Assembly: GCA_016932045.1 (NCBI GenBank)
Contig: JAFGDO010000003.1
Location: 12,115-76,114, forward strand
Length of the DNA: 64,000 nt
From: Candidatus Dojkabacteria bacterium
GTDB lineage: Bacteria; Patescibacteriota; Dojkabacteria; JAHIVN01
Direction of reading: 5' to 3'
The notes under the pieces were generated by a model. That model had not been told where the DNA came from, did not search any database, and was given only the letters and a program-made list of their open reading frames with translations. The position numbers and the translations under genes were made by a program. How positions within the stretch are numbered: the first letter of the stretch is position 1; every line of letters begins with the position of its first letter. This document shows positions 48,094 to 58,842 of this stretch, piece by piece.

Positions 48094-49293
48094 TTAAGAA
48101 TAAACTCCAATATCTGCAGGTAAGTATTCTCTAAAGTTCTCCGAAGTAAGAGTAAACTTCTCCCCCTTACCCTGAACGATTTTCATTGCAACTTTACGGC
48201 AGATAGTTGTAATATTCCTCTCGAGCTGCCTGACGCCTGCATCAAATCCTAATGGTCGGATGACAAGAGGCCAGGTACTTTCTTTTATATCAAGCTGATC
48301 CTGCTTAAGTCCGCACGCTTTCATAACCTTTGGCAAAAGATAGTGCCTTCCGATCTGCTCCTTCTCTTCATCCGAGTAACTAGGGAATCGTATAATCTCT
48401 AGCCTGTCAAGAAGAGCTGCGGATAAAGTAGATAATGTATTTGCGGTACATATGAATAAAACCCTTGAGAGATCAACAGGATAATCAATGTATGAATCTA
48501 TAAAAGATGGGTTCTGTTCTGGATCAAGAATTTCAAGAAGAGATGCGTTTATATCTGCTCTCCGGCCTTCTGCAGCACTCACCTTATCTATCTCATCAAG
48601 AAGAATTAGGGGATTCATGACTCCTGTCCTGCACAAAGCCTTTATCACCTGTCCTGGCTCAGCATCCAGAAATGCACGCGACTGACCCTTAAGATCAGTT
48701 ACACTTCCCATTGCTCCAAGTGATATTCGGACAAATTTTCGGCCAAGAGCATGGGCTATAGATTTAGCCATACTGGTTTTTCCAATTCCCTGGATACCTA
48801 CAAAACACAGAATCGGAGCATGCTGTTCGACTTTTTTCATCTCCTTCATCTTTTCAAAACCACCTTCTCCTCCTTCTGATGTTATCTCATCAAAAGGATT
48901 CAACGTTGCAACAGCGAGAAACTCAAGAATTCTTTCCTTGACTGATAGTAAACCATAGTGGTTTCTATCAAGAACATCCCTTGCATTTCCAAGGTCCAAA
49001 TTATCTTTACTTAAACTACCCCATGGAATAGTTATAATCCAGTCAACGTACTTTTCGATCAGTTCATACTCACCGCTATAACTCCCAAACTTTGCCATTC
49101 TTCGTAACCTGCCAACCATTTTTAAAGCTTTTTCCCTAAGAGTTTCCGGCAGGTCAGCTTTCATAAGCTTGCTTGCAAGCTCCTCAATCTCGACTAACTC
49201 CTCCGTTTCAATATCAATTGAAGTGTTTGCTTGAGACTGCTGTATCTTCTTTATATCGGCTACTTTTTGTGGTGTTTTCTTTATCTGCTCCAA
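48094..49293 (-). CDS. Lon-like AAA+ ATPase lacking both the N-terminal LAN domain and the C-terminal protease domain
   Basis: YVDWIITIPWG...HYGLLSVKERILEFLAV, Walker A GIQGIGKTSMAKSIAHALGRKFVRISLG, Walker B ILLDEIDK. Ends at ...CRKVAMKIVQGKGEKF..., where Lon's protease domain would start. A 220-nt non-coding gap follows. Confidence 0.65.
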   Translation of the reverse strand: MEQIKKTPQKVADIKKIQQSQANTSIDIETEELVEIEELASKLMKADLPETLREKALKMVGRLRRMAKFGSYSGEYELIEKYVDWIITIPWGSLSKDNLDLGNARDVLDRNHYGLLSVKERILEFLAVATLNPFDEITSEGGEGGFEKMKEMKKVEQHAPILCFVGIQGIGKTSMAKSIAHALGRKFVRISLGAMGSVTDLKGQSRAFLDAEPGQVIKALCRTGVMNPLILLDEIDKVSAAEGRRADINASLLEILDPEQNPSFIDSYIDYPVDLSRVLFICTANTLSTLSAALLDRLEIIRFPSYSDEEKEQIGRHYLLPKVMKACGLKQDQLDIKESTWPLVIRPLGFDAGVRQLERNITTICRKVAMKIVQGKGEKFTLTSENFREYLPADIGVYS

Positions 49294-49445
49294 TTTAGAA
49301 CTTTAAATAATTAAGTCAAAGCAAATAAATTCTACTTGATCGCATATAATTAACGAATAAGTGGAATTTTTAGCTAAGAATAATATACAGAAGGAGTGAA
49401 AATTGTGCAAATGTGTAGTAAAATTGAGACACAAGAAGCTTAAAC

Positions 49446-50155
49446 TTGGATACAGTATTAATGAATAAGAAAACAAATCTTGGAAAATTATTTATTGTTG
49501 GAACTCCAATAGGAAACCTTCAGGATACAACTCTACGTGCTATAAAAATTTTAAAGGAAGCAGACTTTATCCTGGCAGAAGACACAAGGAAAACTAGCGT
49601 TTTACTGCGGAATTTCAATATTGGCACTCCTATGATTTCGTATAGAGATCAAAATCACAAGAGAGTATTTTCAAAAATCCTAAGTCTTCTATCTGAGGGA
49701 AAAAACCTTGCCCTTGTATCTGATAGCGGCACTCCAGTAATTTCAGATCCTGGATTTAAACTAATCAAAGAACTTAGAGAATCGGATTTGATATCGTGTC
49801 TATACCAGGACCATCTGCTATAACCTCAGCGCTCTGTATCTCAGGTTTACCTACCGACAACTTCACTTTTTTAGGATTCCTCCCTAAGGGATCAGGAAAA
49901 AGAGAAAAGCTACTTAAGACTTTCGGCAGTCTAGAAACAACTCTCGTACTATACGAGTCACCCTTCCGAGTAAAAAAACTTCTTTCACAAATAGAGAAAA
50001 GCCTTGGGGGAGATAGGATGATATTCGTAGCAAATGAGCTTACAAAAAAGTTTGAAAAGGTATGGAGAGGTCGCGTCTGCAACATCAAAACACAAATAGA
50101 AGAAATCACTCCTAAAGGAGAATTTACAATACTAGTTTCAAAAGAAGGATTTTAA
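49446..50155 (+). pseudogene. rsmI: 16S rRNA 2'-O-methyltransferase RsmI with an apparent single-base frameshift near 49790 (authentic pseudogene or assembly error)
   Basis: ORF 49446-49823 encodes the N-terminal half (LFIVGTPIGNLQDTTLRAIKILKEADFILAEDTRK...VSDSGTPVISDPG). The next frame, 49796-50155, continues with IPGPSAITSALCISGLP... The halves are colinear with full-length RsmI. Confidence 0.6.
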
Positions 50156-50275
50156 AGGTACACATTTCTTGACCAAGATGTTTGTTAATTGTACACGAAT
50201 TTCGACTAATGCCCGGACATCGGCACTATTAGCAGGAGATATTTCCGGAAAATCCCTAAAGAATCTTCAATGTTA

Positions 50276-51016
50276 CTAACTTTTCCCCCCCGCGTCCTCT
50301 GCTTTTCCTTCTGGTACAGCCTCTTCCTTCCCCTTCTTCTCTTCTCCTTCTTTTTCTTCACCTTCAGCCTCTTCGCCCTCAGCTACCTCACCTTCTTCAC
50401 CTTCCTCCGCCTCTTCGCCTTCTTCCTCAACTTCCTCCACCTCTTCAACAATCTCCTTCTGAGGAGGAGCAATATATGCAAGAGTTGCATGCTCATCAAC
50501 TTCTGACGTAAGCTCCACTCCTTCAGGAAGTTTTAAATCAGAGATTGGTACATTATCTCCTATTTCATTCAGGTTTGAGATATCTATAACTAACTTTTCA
50601 GGAAGCTTATCGGGAAGACACCTAACCTCAAGAGTATCAAATGGAACAACTAAAAATCCTACACTTTCAACAACTGCCATTGACTGCCCCGTTGTCTCAA
50701 CAGGAACATCTGTAGTCATTGGTTTGGTAAGATCAAGTTCATAAAAAGAAACATGTATAACATTATCTTTAACAGGATCGTGTTGCACTTCGCGTATGAT
50801 CACTTTTTTTGTATCTTTCTCTCCCTCAATTTCTAAATCCATCAGCTTACTGTAGCCAACGTCTTTAAATATTTTTTCAAATGTAACAGCATCAAACTGA
50901 ATATTTAGTGATTGTTTTCTCTTGGGCCCGTAAATAACACCGGGAATTTCACCGCTGTTAAGAAGATCCTTGACTTTTTTCCTAAGCACATTCCTTTTCT
51001 GAACTGCAAATTTCAT
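50276..51016 (-). CDS. rplY: ribosomal protein L25/general stress protein Ctc with long poly-acidic C-terminal tail
   Basis: MKFAVQKRNVLRKKVKDLLNSGEIPGVIYG is the canonical L25 N-terminus. The last about 55 aa are E/G/A-rich (EEVEEVEEEGEEAEEGEEGEVAEGEEAEGEE). Confidence 0.8.
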   Translation of the reverse strand: MKFAVQKRNVLRKKVKDLLNSGEIPGVIYGPKRKQSLNIQFDAVTFEKIFKDVGYSKLMDLEIEGEKDTKKVIIREVQHDPVKDNVIHVSFYELDLTKPMTTDVPVETTGQSMAVVESVGFLVVPFDTLEVRCLPDKLPEKLVIDISNLNEIGDNVPISDLKLPEGVELTSEVDEHATLAYIAPPQKEIVEEVEEVEEEGEEAEEGEEGEVAEGEEAEGEEKEGEEKKGKEEAVPEGKAEDAGGKS

Positions 51017-51049
51017 TTTTAAAAATATTAAAACTAAAATTCAATAATT

Positions 51050-51526
51050 CTACTTTTTATTCACCTTAACAACTATGTGCCTATCCTCTCCCTCTCCTTC
51101 ACTCTCTGTACTTATCCCTTTCTCCTCCTTTAATTCTATATGAATTATCCTTCTCTCATATGGCGAAAGTGGAGGAAGTTCTACATTTTGTCCGCTTTCT
51201 TTTGCCTCCTGCACCGCTTGAAGAGCAAGCGACTTCAGATATCTTGCCCGCTTTTCTCGATAATCATTCACATCAACTAGAATAGTTATCATCTCCCCTA
51301 TCTGATTCGTCATCATCTGAGCAAGTATAAGCTGGATAGAACTAAGAGTCTTACCTCTATATCCAATCAACAACCCGAGCTCATCACCCTCAATACCTAC
51401 CTTTAAGAGCCTATTGTCGGAATCATCAGTCCCCATAGCTACCTTGACTCCAGCATCAACTTTTAAAAGGCCTAAGAACTCCTTTACAAGTTCCTCACAC
51501 TTTTTAATAATTTCTGAGTCCTTCAT
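51050..51526 (-). CDS. jag: Jag/KhpB-like KH plus R3H domain RNA-binding protein
   Basis: KH-like IGYRGKTLSSIQLIL and R3H-like ERRIIHIEL. Located immediately downstream of yidC, as is usual. Confidence 0.7.
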   Translation of the reverse strand: MKDSEIIKKCEELVKEFLGLLKVDAGVKVAMGTDDSDNRLLKVGIEGDELGLLIGYRGKTLSSIQLILAQMMTNQIGEMITILVDVNDYREKRARYLKSLALQAVQEAKESGQNVELPPLSPYERRIIHIELKEEKGISTESEGEGEDRHIVVKVNKK

Positions 51527-51539
51527 TTTGATATAAATA

Positions 51540-52874
51540 TTATTTTACTTCCTTTCCTATTTTTAATTTTAAAGCATCTAGAATCTTTTTTCTATTCATA
51601 AGAAGTTGCTGAATTATAACAAAGAGACTTTGCACAGTCCAGAAAATGCTAAGTCCTGAGGGGAAAATATTTGACCCACCCCAATACCCCAAAGATGTGA
51701 TAATGGTTAAGACAGGAAACATAAACATCATCTGCTTGCTTGTCATACTCATCAGTTCACTCATATCCGGCATCTCCTCTTCACCTTTCTTTTTCTTCTT
51801 TGACTTCTTGGCTGATTCCTTCTTTTTTTCAGGACCAATATTTTTAATGCCACTTAAAATCTGAGTTGTTGCATACTGAGATCCTCCAACTAGTATAGCC
51901 AAGACAACATATGGGATGATCTCTGGGTTTGACCATGAAAAATCAGCTGCAACCTTAGAAAGGTCAATCCCCAAAAAGTTTAAGTTTATAGACTCGCCCT
52001 CGCCAATATCACATTTCTCAGTTACATCCTCATCATCAAAATATACTTCTGTCTCTTCGATTAATAGGACCTGATTTGAAGGCGGCCTTAGATAAAAATC
52101 AAGCTCTGGCTTTCTTGCTGTCACAAGGTATGCTGCTTTCTTCTCTGAAACAAAGAATAGAAATCTCTTTACGGCAATAACATCAGCATTCTCAGCAAGG
52201 TACTCACTATAAAGAGAAATATCCGACTCTCTCATCTTTTTTGCCTCTTCCTCTAGTTTCTTCCTTTCCTCATTCTTCTCTTCATCCGACTTATTTTTTT
52301 CACTTTCTGCTATTTCTTTTTCCCTTGCCTCCTCATCATCAACAACTTCAAAACTATATTCTTGTTCCAGTTCGTTTCCTTCGTTTGTTTTCACCTTCAC
52401 TTTTATCTTATGTTCTCCTGTCTCAAGATCTTCTTCGGGCTGGTATTTTATATAATCCTCGTCACGCTTTAAAGACTCCACGTATGCCACTTGATTAAAT
52501 GCATGCCACCCCTGATCTACAAGGTTGCGTATACCGCCTCTTACCTGTATCAAAAGTATGATGAGAATAATTATTGGAAGACATCCTCCCAGCTGAGAGG
52601 GTAAATATTTCGACTGAAGCTTCATAAGCTCATCGTTTAGCTTTTCTTTATTTTTCCCGTATTTTTTCTTCAGTTTTTCGTACTTCTTCTGGAATTCTTT
52701 CCCTTTTTCAGCTGATTTTATCTGAGACTTAGTAATAGGATACGTGATAAGCCTAGAAAGTACGGCAACACCAACTATAGCCCACCCAAGGTTACCTGCA
52801 AAAAACCTGTAGAAAATTATCAGAAGATTGAATGTAGGTTGATAGAAAAGAATTCTAAATAATGTTCCCACCAA
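51540..52874 (-). CDS. yidC: membrane protein insertase YidC/Oxa1 family with a large charged insertion
   Basis: N-terminus FYQPTFNLLIIFYRF...GWAIVGVAVLSRLITYPITKSQIKS matches the YidC core. A roughly 200-aa E/K-rich insertion precedes the C-terminal TM helices. Confidence 0.75.
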   Translation of the reverse strand: MVGTLFRILFYQPTFNLLIIFYRFFAGNLGWAIVGVAVLSRLITYPITKSQIKSAEKGKEFQKKYEKLKKKYGKNKEKLNDELMKLQSKYLPSQLGGCLPIIILIILLIQVRGGIRNLVDQGWHAFNQVAYVESLKRDEDYIKYQPEEDLETGEHKIKVKVKTNEGNELEQEYSFEVVDDEEAREKEIAESEKNKSDEEKNEERKKLEEEAKKMRESDISLYSEYLAENADVIAVKRFLFFVSEKKAAYLVTARKPELDFYLRPPSNQVLLIEETEVYFDDEDVTEKCDIGEGESINLNFLGIDLSKVAADFSWSNPEIIPYVVLAILVGGSQYATTQILSGIKNIGPEKKKESAKKSKKKKKGEEEMPDMSELMSMTSKQMMFMFPVLTIITSLGYWGGSNIFPSGLSIFWTVQSLFVIIQQLLMNRKKILDALKLKIGKEVK

Positions 52875-53094
52875 AAATTAAAAATACATTAAATACTTGC
52901 TGCTAAGCAAAAGATTCTATCAGTAAGGGTATCAATAGTCAATTGAAAAGCTTATCAAGACAAGTACTAATCATCTCAGTGATCGGAATTAGTACGCTCT
53001 ACTATATGAACTATCGTATATACTACACCTCAAATATTATACAACTAAAATAGGAATTGTTATAATCCTCGAAATAAAATATTAAATAACCTTA

Positions 53095-53673
53095 ATGGAA
53101 ATTACTAGAGAAAAAGCTCAGGAACTTCTTGATAAATATGTAAAAACAGATTGGATCAAGTTGCATTCAAGGGAAACTGAAGTGATTATGAGAGAACTTG
53201 CGAAAAAGTTGGGGGAAGATGAAGATCTTTGGGGAATAACCGGACTTTTGCACGATCTTGATATGGACCAGATTGATGTAAATGACCCCAAAGATCACGG
53301 CAAGAAAACAACCGCAATTCTAAAAAATGAACTTAGAAAAGACATCCCTAACGAAATGATAAATGCTATACAAGCCCACTGTGAGAATTTAGGATATCTC
53401 GAAGTAAAGCGGGAATCAAAACTTGACTATTGTCTTAGTGCTGCAGAGAATCTTTCGGGATTTCTTGTTGCCTGTACACTGGTCATGCCTGATAAAAAAA
53501 TATCAAGTGTCAAAACTGATTCTGTAATAAAGAAGTTAAAAAAGAAAGATTTTGCGAGAAAAGTGCATAGAGAATTCATTTATGATATTGAGAAAGCAGG
53601 GGTAAGTTTAGAAGAATTGATAAATCTATCGCTTAATGCACTTGCGGAAATCGCTGATGAGATCGGTTTGTAA
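53095..53673 (+). CDS. HD-domain phosphohydrolase
   Basis: ITGLLHDLD HD motif. 192 aa. Confidence 0.65.
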   Translation: MEITREKAQELLDKYVKTDWIKLHSRETEVIMRELAKKLGEDEDLWGITGLLHDLDMDQIDVNDPKDHGKKTTAILKNELRKDIPNEMINAIQAHCENLGYLEVKRESKLDYCLSAAENLSGFLVACTLVMPDKKISSVKTDSVIKKLKKKDFARKVHREFIYDIEKAGVSLEELINLSLNALAEIADEIGL

Positions 53674-53676
53674 AAC

Positions 53677-54012
53677 TTAGAACTTTTTTCCTTTTGTCCT
53701 GGCCATCAGATCCTGGTAAGCAATATTGAACCTTTCGGCATCTTTTAGAATTCTGACTAATTCCCCCATGGATTCAGGACCTTTAGCTTGCACCGTTAGT
53801 CTAGTTCTTCCATCTATCCCAGTTGACTGATCAATCCCCAATGGGTGAGTTACCGATGATCCTTCTAGTTTAAGCCAAGCATTCAGTGCATCCCTTCCGA
53901 GAGGATACGATTCACTAAGGCCCACTAGTGTAGCCCGAATACACACAAACTGACCTACCTTAACCTCGGACAGATCACCTAATCGTACTAATCCATTTCC
54001 TTCAGTTTCCAT
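53677..54012 (-). CDS. hypothetical protein
   Basis: 111-aa ORF with no recognisable motif. Confidence 0.3.
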   Translation of the reverse strand: METEGNGLVRLGDLSEVKVGQFVCIRATLVGLSESYPLGRDALNAWLKLEGSSVTHPLGIDQSTGIDGRTRLTVQAKGPESMGELVRILKDAERFNIAYQDLMARTKGKKF

Positions 54013-54044
54013 TGTCCTTCAAACAAATAAATAATCTAAAACGA

Positions 54045-55010
54045 CTACTCTGCTTTAGATTCGCCCATAAGCATTCTCATAAACTTAGTCCAATAAGTAT
54101 TCTGGAATACTACAAACGGCGCCTGGATAACATTCATGACAAGTGATATAAGGCAGATACCGCAACCACCAACACCTATACCAAGAAGAAGCGCGTCTGG
54201 ATTTAAAAAAATAGGAACTAGCATGAACAAAAGAGGCAAGATTGTAATTAGTGAAATCGCACCTATCACAATTCCCCAACCACAACCAGGGAGAAGCATG
54301 GCAAGCCATGCAAGAAAATACTTCCCAAAATTCCGTGTAAAGATATCCCATGACTTTTTGATGGCTTCAAACGGCTGCATATCTTCTTTATAAGCTAAGA
54401 ATCTCTCTCCTGTCTCTCTTATCCCTGAAACAAAAATTGCAAATATGAAAAGCAGAGGGAATGTGATACAGCAAAGGGCTATAACAAAACCACCTGGTCC
54501 ACCAATAAGACCTAAAAAAGCCATACCAACCGAAATTATGACAACAGGAAAAAAGATCGCAAACCATATCAGGTCATATAAAAGAAAGGTGATCAACCTA
54601 GAATGTGTTTCTGTCCATAAAGACTTTAACTTGATCTTCTCCTCTTCACCATTCTCGTCATACTTTACGGAATTCATAAGAGCAAGTTTTGCCACCCTTC
54701 TTAAGTACCAGGAAATAACTGTAAATATTAGAACCACCCCTATAATTACTAGGATAATCAATGATATTGTAATCCAAAAGGATGGAGACTGTGTAAATTC
54801 ATCAAATTTTTCGCCGATCGTATCAAAGGTTTCGTCGTATCTTCCTCCAAAAGAAACATCTGATCTATCTTCAAAATTATAAGAGCTGCTGTTTGAATTC
54901 CCACCACTTCCAGAGAGAAAGGCAAGGATAAAACCAAATACCCAAAGTACCTTGTACTTCCAGGCAAACTCTGCCGATTCTTTGATAAGTTTAAAGTAAT
55001 CTACCTTCAT
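54045..55010 (-). CDS. integral membrane protein (about 6 TM), function unknown
   Basis: 321 aa with several long hydrophobic helices. Confidence 0.45.
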   Translation of the reverse strand: MKVDYFKLIKESAEFAWKYKVLWVFGFILAFLSGSGGNSNSSSYNFEDRSDVSFGGRYDETFDTIGEKFDEFTQSPSFWITISLIILVIIGVVLIFTVISWYLRRVAKLALMNSVKYDENGEEEKIKLKSLWTETHSRLITFLLYDLIWFAIFFPVVIISVGMAFLGLIGGPGGFVIALCCITFPLLFIFAIFVSGIRETGERFLAYKEDMQPFEAIKKSWDIFTRNFGKYFLAWLAMLLPGCGWGIVIGAISLITILPLLFMLVPIFLNPDALLLGIGVGGCGICLISLVMNVIQAPFVVFQNTYWTKFMRMLMGESKAE

Positions 55011-55306
55011 CTATCAAGAATAAAAAGTAATAATAAAGTCATTGTAACACGCTAAAGCTAGATGTACAATTTTCTACTTTCAAAATATCAAAAGGGAACC
55101 TCCGCATATCTGGCATAAAAAAAACAAAAGAGCTATAACAGCCAAAATTATTATAATAATAAGACACGGGAAACCTCTCCCAGCTCGAAGCCCATGAAAC
55201 CTTCGGGGTCTAAGGGGTCTTAGTGGACGTATTCTTCTTCGAAATCTTGGGGGCATATTTAATGAAGAATAAACTTAAATATTGAACAGTATAGCATAAA
55301 AAACTT

Positions 55307-56650
55307 CTACAGAGAATGCGAGCGATAGCTTCGCAAATAAGCAATAGGGGCCCGTAAGTATGCCTCCTTAATGTCTTTTTCTCCAGTAATTCTGAGAAGT
55401 AGATTCTTAAAACCCATATTAAGAGCACTTTTGTAATCCAAAAGTAAGAAAGAAAACTTGCTTTTCTGAATAGCAGCTAAAATGAGTCCACTTTTAGTAA
55501 GAAGCAGCTCACGAAATCTTCCAGGAATTAATCCTAGCAAAAATCTTTCAGCATTTTGCATAAATCTCGTGCAGGAAAGCCTTGCCACTTGTTCTTGTAC
55601 TATCCTATTCCTCTCCTGTAGCTCTCCTAAAGTTCGCGCATTCAGGCCGGCCACCCTAAGAAATTCAATCGAGAGTAGGGATCTTTCCGACTCCTGCAGA
55701 ATCTCATCTTTTTGCAAACATTTGTGGTATCCAACTAGTATATTCAACCATTCTCTGTAGCCAAGATATTGTACATAAGGACATCCTGATTGAATCTGTG
55801 CAATGACGCCAACAAGCTGCGCCTGAAGTTCCTTTGGTAATCCCCTCAAATGGGCAAACTCATGAGCCATAGTCTCTGGATACAAATCCGTAGCAAAAAC
55901 GACTTCATGAATAAAAGGGTTCATAAAGGCCACAATCCCTCTCCTGTGAAATAAAGAGTTGCCCACAAATGATCTCTTCACTTTCCTTGCTGAACTAAAA
56001 GTATAACCATCCACTTGAGCAGTAAATTTTTCAACGGCTTCAAATACTTTTAGAACAAGATCTTCTAACTCAACGCGCTCAACATCTACAAGAACATTTA
56101 ACCTCTCGATCACGAATTCTATCTCCTCAGCAACCTCAAATTGATCAGCAGAAAGATTTAGCTTTTCTTCAAGCGGAGTTCTAAGAAAATTTAATCCATA
56201 AGTTGCAGAAGCTAAAATTACAGCCATCGCTGCGCCCGTTGCTAAAGCCAGACTATTTTTACTTATCAAAATAACCTTATCAGCGATTGGAGCTTCCTGA
56301 CCAATAATTCTTCCGATAGTATAGCTCAAGTATACAAGTCCAGCAGCTAGTAACTCCTCCTGAAATAATGCTGGAATAAGACCTAAATCACTTACTGCAA
56401 AATCAAAACTTTCAGTAATTCTTGACGTAAATGAAGCAAGTCTTGTATAAGCTACTCTGTGATAGAAGTCTCCAACCTCATGAAGTCCATGCATTCTTGC
56501 TTCCCTTTGTAATGCATTTATCGAATGCACAATTCCATAAGCAGCTGCTTGGGAATCTAAAAACTCTGAGTCTATGTATGACTCAACCTCGCGAGATAAT
56601 GATGTGCAACCCTGATATCCCTCACTTAAGTTAGGATAATAATTTTCCAT
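55307..56650 (-). CDS. putative zinc metallopeptidase (HExxH motif; DUF3810-like)
   Basis: TMAHEFAHLRG contains HExxH. 447 aa with central hydrophobic helices. Confidence 0.45.
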   Translation of the reverse strand: MENYYPNLSEGYQGCTSLSREVESYIDSEFLDSQAAAYGIVHSINALQREARMHGLHEVGDFYHRVAYTRLASFTSRITESFDFAVSDLGLIPALFQEELLAAGLVYLSYTIGRIIGQEAPIADKVILISKNSLALATGAAMAVILASATYGLNFLRTPLEEKLNLSADQFEVAEEIEFVIERLNVLVDVERVELEDLVLKVFEAVEKFTAQVDGYTFSSARKVKRSFVGNSLFHRRGIVAFMNPFIHEVVFATDLYPETMAHEFAHLRGLPKELQAQLVGVIAQIQSGCPYVQYLGYREWLNILVGYHKCLQKDEILQESERSLLSIEFLRVAGLNARTLGELQERNRIVQEQVARLSCTRFMQNAERFLLGLIPGRFRELLLTKSGLILAAIQKSKFSFLLLDYKSALNMGFKNLLLRITGEKDIKEAYLRAPIAYLRSYRSHSL

Positions 56651-56968
56651 GTTGCCACTATGTTCAAATAGAAGATTAAATTAATTGTATCACAAGTTAT
56701 TATAGGGTAGGAAAAAAACTTCTGAAGATTAGGAGAGAAAATGAGAATCGTAACTCGCATTCATAACCAAGTACTTTATTACTCAATGACTATATCTAGA
56801 TTTTTCAAAAGTGAAGCTGCTTCGGGCATTGAAAATCTAGCTTTTGCAATTTTATTTATACTCGCGTGAATAAAATAATTTTTCGCATCAACAAAATTTA
56901 CCATTTGTGGGAATTTTACTAAAAAAGGTGAGATTTCACTAGCTAACCGATTTGCATTCAAATGCTTC

Positions 56969-57514
56969 CTAAACCATGAGAATACCCACTGTAGTAACAA
57001 CTGATACCATCGTCATAAATAATCCGTAAACAAGCAAAAGTTTCATAGCAAGGACTCCAAACTTCTTCCTGAGCTTTCCAACACCACTTAGATACATGAG
57101 TAAAACTCCAACAAGAAGGTAAACAACAAGAGTCACAACTATAGTTGCAGTGCTTAGATTATCCGAACCCCAGGAGGGCTTAAATACAACTCTTTCAATG
57201 AAAGTCGTAAGTCCTTTAACAAAAGTAACTGTTAAGCAGATAGCTACATTCACAAGGATAAATGGAAGACATACTTTCAATTTCTCCAGGCTCTTAATGA
57301 ATTTTTTTGCTACCAGACATACAAGTCCCAACAAGACTCCGAAGAATGAAAGACTGCAAATAAGTACACCCACTAACTCAACAACCCTAAGTTGCAATTC
57401 CCTTCTTGAGATAAGCGAAAGGGCATAAACAGGTGAAGTGAATAAAAGAAATAAAGGAATAGTAAGGAAGTAAATTAAAAGGTTGCGAGGGAATTTTGCT
57501 TTAAATGTACTCAA
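56969..57514 (-). CDS. integral membrane protein (4-5 TM)
   Basis: 181-aa hydrophobic ORF. Confidence 0.4.
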   Translation of the reverse strand: MSTFKAKFPRNLLIYFLTIPLFLLFTSPVYALSLISRRELQLRVVELVGVLICSLSFFGVLLGLVCLVAKKFIKSLEKLKVCLPFILVNVAICLTVTFVKGLTTFIERVVFKPSWGSDNLSTATIVVTLVVYLLVGVLLMYLSGVGKLRKKFGVLAMKLLLVYGLFMTMVSVVTTVGILMV

Positions 57515-57684
57515 GGCAGGTTGTTAATAAGTAAGGTTGACAACATGGTAATAGATTTTGAAGAATTTATCAATGTCTGAACCTATATTTAGAACTAGTT
57601 CAGAGGTTATGACAAAGATGCTAGTTTGGTAAAGCAGCCAGTGAGTATGAGGCAGACACATTAAAGTGGAATTTGTAAATAATT

Positions 57685-58566
57685 CTATCTTCCTCTGACT
57701 TGCCTCCTTGGCTCCTTAAGTCTCTCCATAACGTCGCCAATGTATCTAAAGGCGCCATAAATACTTTCTAAAACTTCCGGTTCATATTCATCTACACGTA
57801 ACGTGAGTGTTGATACCGGAGCCTCCTGATTTCCTGGGAAAATTATAAGAGAAACTTCAACCCTATCGTAATACCTTGTGGCTCTTATACCTATTTGTTT
57901 GTGAAAGATAATAGTCCTTAGTTGTTGGTTATACTCTACTGGTGTATTTGCAATCACTATACTTTCAAGTGGCAGATTAAAAAGTCTCTCAAGCAAAGGT
58001 AGTCTTACTCGCTGATTATAATCAGATGCTTCTTCAGCCCCCTTTGCAGTGCCTATCTTTTCCATAGTCCCAGTAAGTTGTTCAACTCTACCGCCGACTA
58101 CATCAGTAAATGCAGCCAGCTTAGTACTTCCAGTCACTATCTCTTCACGTCCTTCAAACATTAACTGATTCTCTCTTCGTCCAGGCGGAATAAACATAGT
58201 ATCCGTCTGGCGAGCTGCGAATCTTGTATAAGTATGTGTTGCCTTACCAGCCGGATATCCAGTTACACCAGGAACTTCCAAACTATGTTGCTCCGCCTTA
58301 GAAACAACTCTTTTAAAAGAACCAGAGTCTTCAAGCAGTCTTGTTAAGAGATTTCGCAAAACATCAAGTTGACCACGAATTTCTTCTCTTTGAACAAGAC
58401 AATGTTCTAGGTTAAGTTCAAGTTCTCCAAAACCATTCTCAAGATCCTCTCTCTGTATAAGCCACCGGCCTAAAATATCTAGACTGTGTTCGAGTACGTA
58501 TCTTGCCGCATCTATGCGGTCACCCCCCATACTCTCCTGATCAAAAGCTTGCTCTGCTTCTTCCAT
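57685..58566 (-). CDS. hypothetical protein
   Basis: 293-aa ORF, soluble, no motif recognised. Confidence 0.4.
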   Translation of the reverse strand: MEEAEQAFDQESMGGDRIDAARYVLEHSLDILGRWLIQREDLENGFGELELNLEHCLVQREEIRGQLDVLRNLLTRLLEDSGSFKRVVSKAEQHSLEVPGVTGYPAGKATHTYTRFAARQTDTMFIPPGRRENQLMFEGREEIVTGSTKLAAFTDVVGGRVEQLTGTMEKIGTAKGAEEASDYNQRVRLPLLERLFNLPLESIVIANTPVEYNQQLRTIIFHKQIGIRATRYYDRVEVSLIIFPGNQEAPVSTLTLRVDEYEPEVLESIYGAFRYIGDVMERLKEPRRQVRGR

Positions 58567-58842
58567 TAATCTTCCTTAACAATATTAAGTAAAGAGACTT
58601 ATGGATAAACATAAGTCTTAAATAAAAAGGAAATTCTTACTATTGTTAAGATTATATCTTAATTTAGAGGGTTTATTCAAATCTGATATAATCAGGAAAG
58701 ATTAACCTTATAGCAAATTAAGATAGAAAACCAACACGCAGATCATGAAACAGCAATTGCCCAAACTAGACTCCTCGAAGAATTCTCCTCCTCAAGCGGA
58801 GTAAGTTTCCACGTTGCATCTCTTAGAGGTCAGGGCACTTTT

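Noticed and set aside
49774-50109. Minus-strand 111-aa ORF overlapping rsmI
   Set aside because: Antisense to the two RsmI halves and lacks motifs. It is an artefact of the open antisense frame.
50270-50506. Plus-strand 78-aa ORF (LLLFSFFFFTF...)
   Set aside because: Antisense of the GAG/GAA-rich acidic tail of L25. It is a low-complexity artefact.
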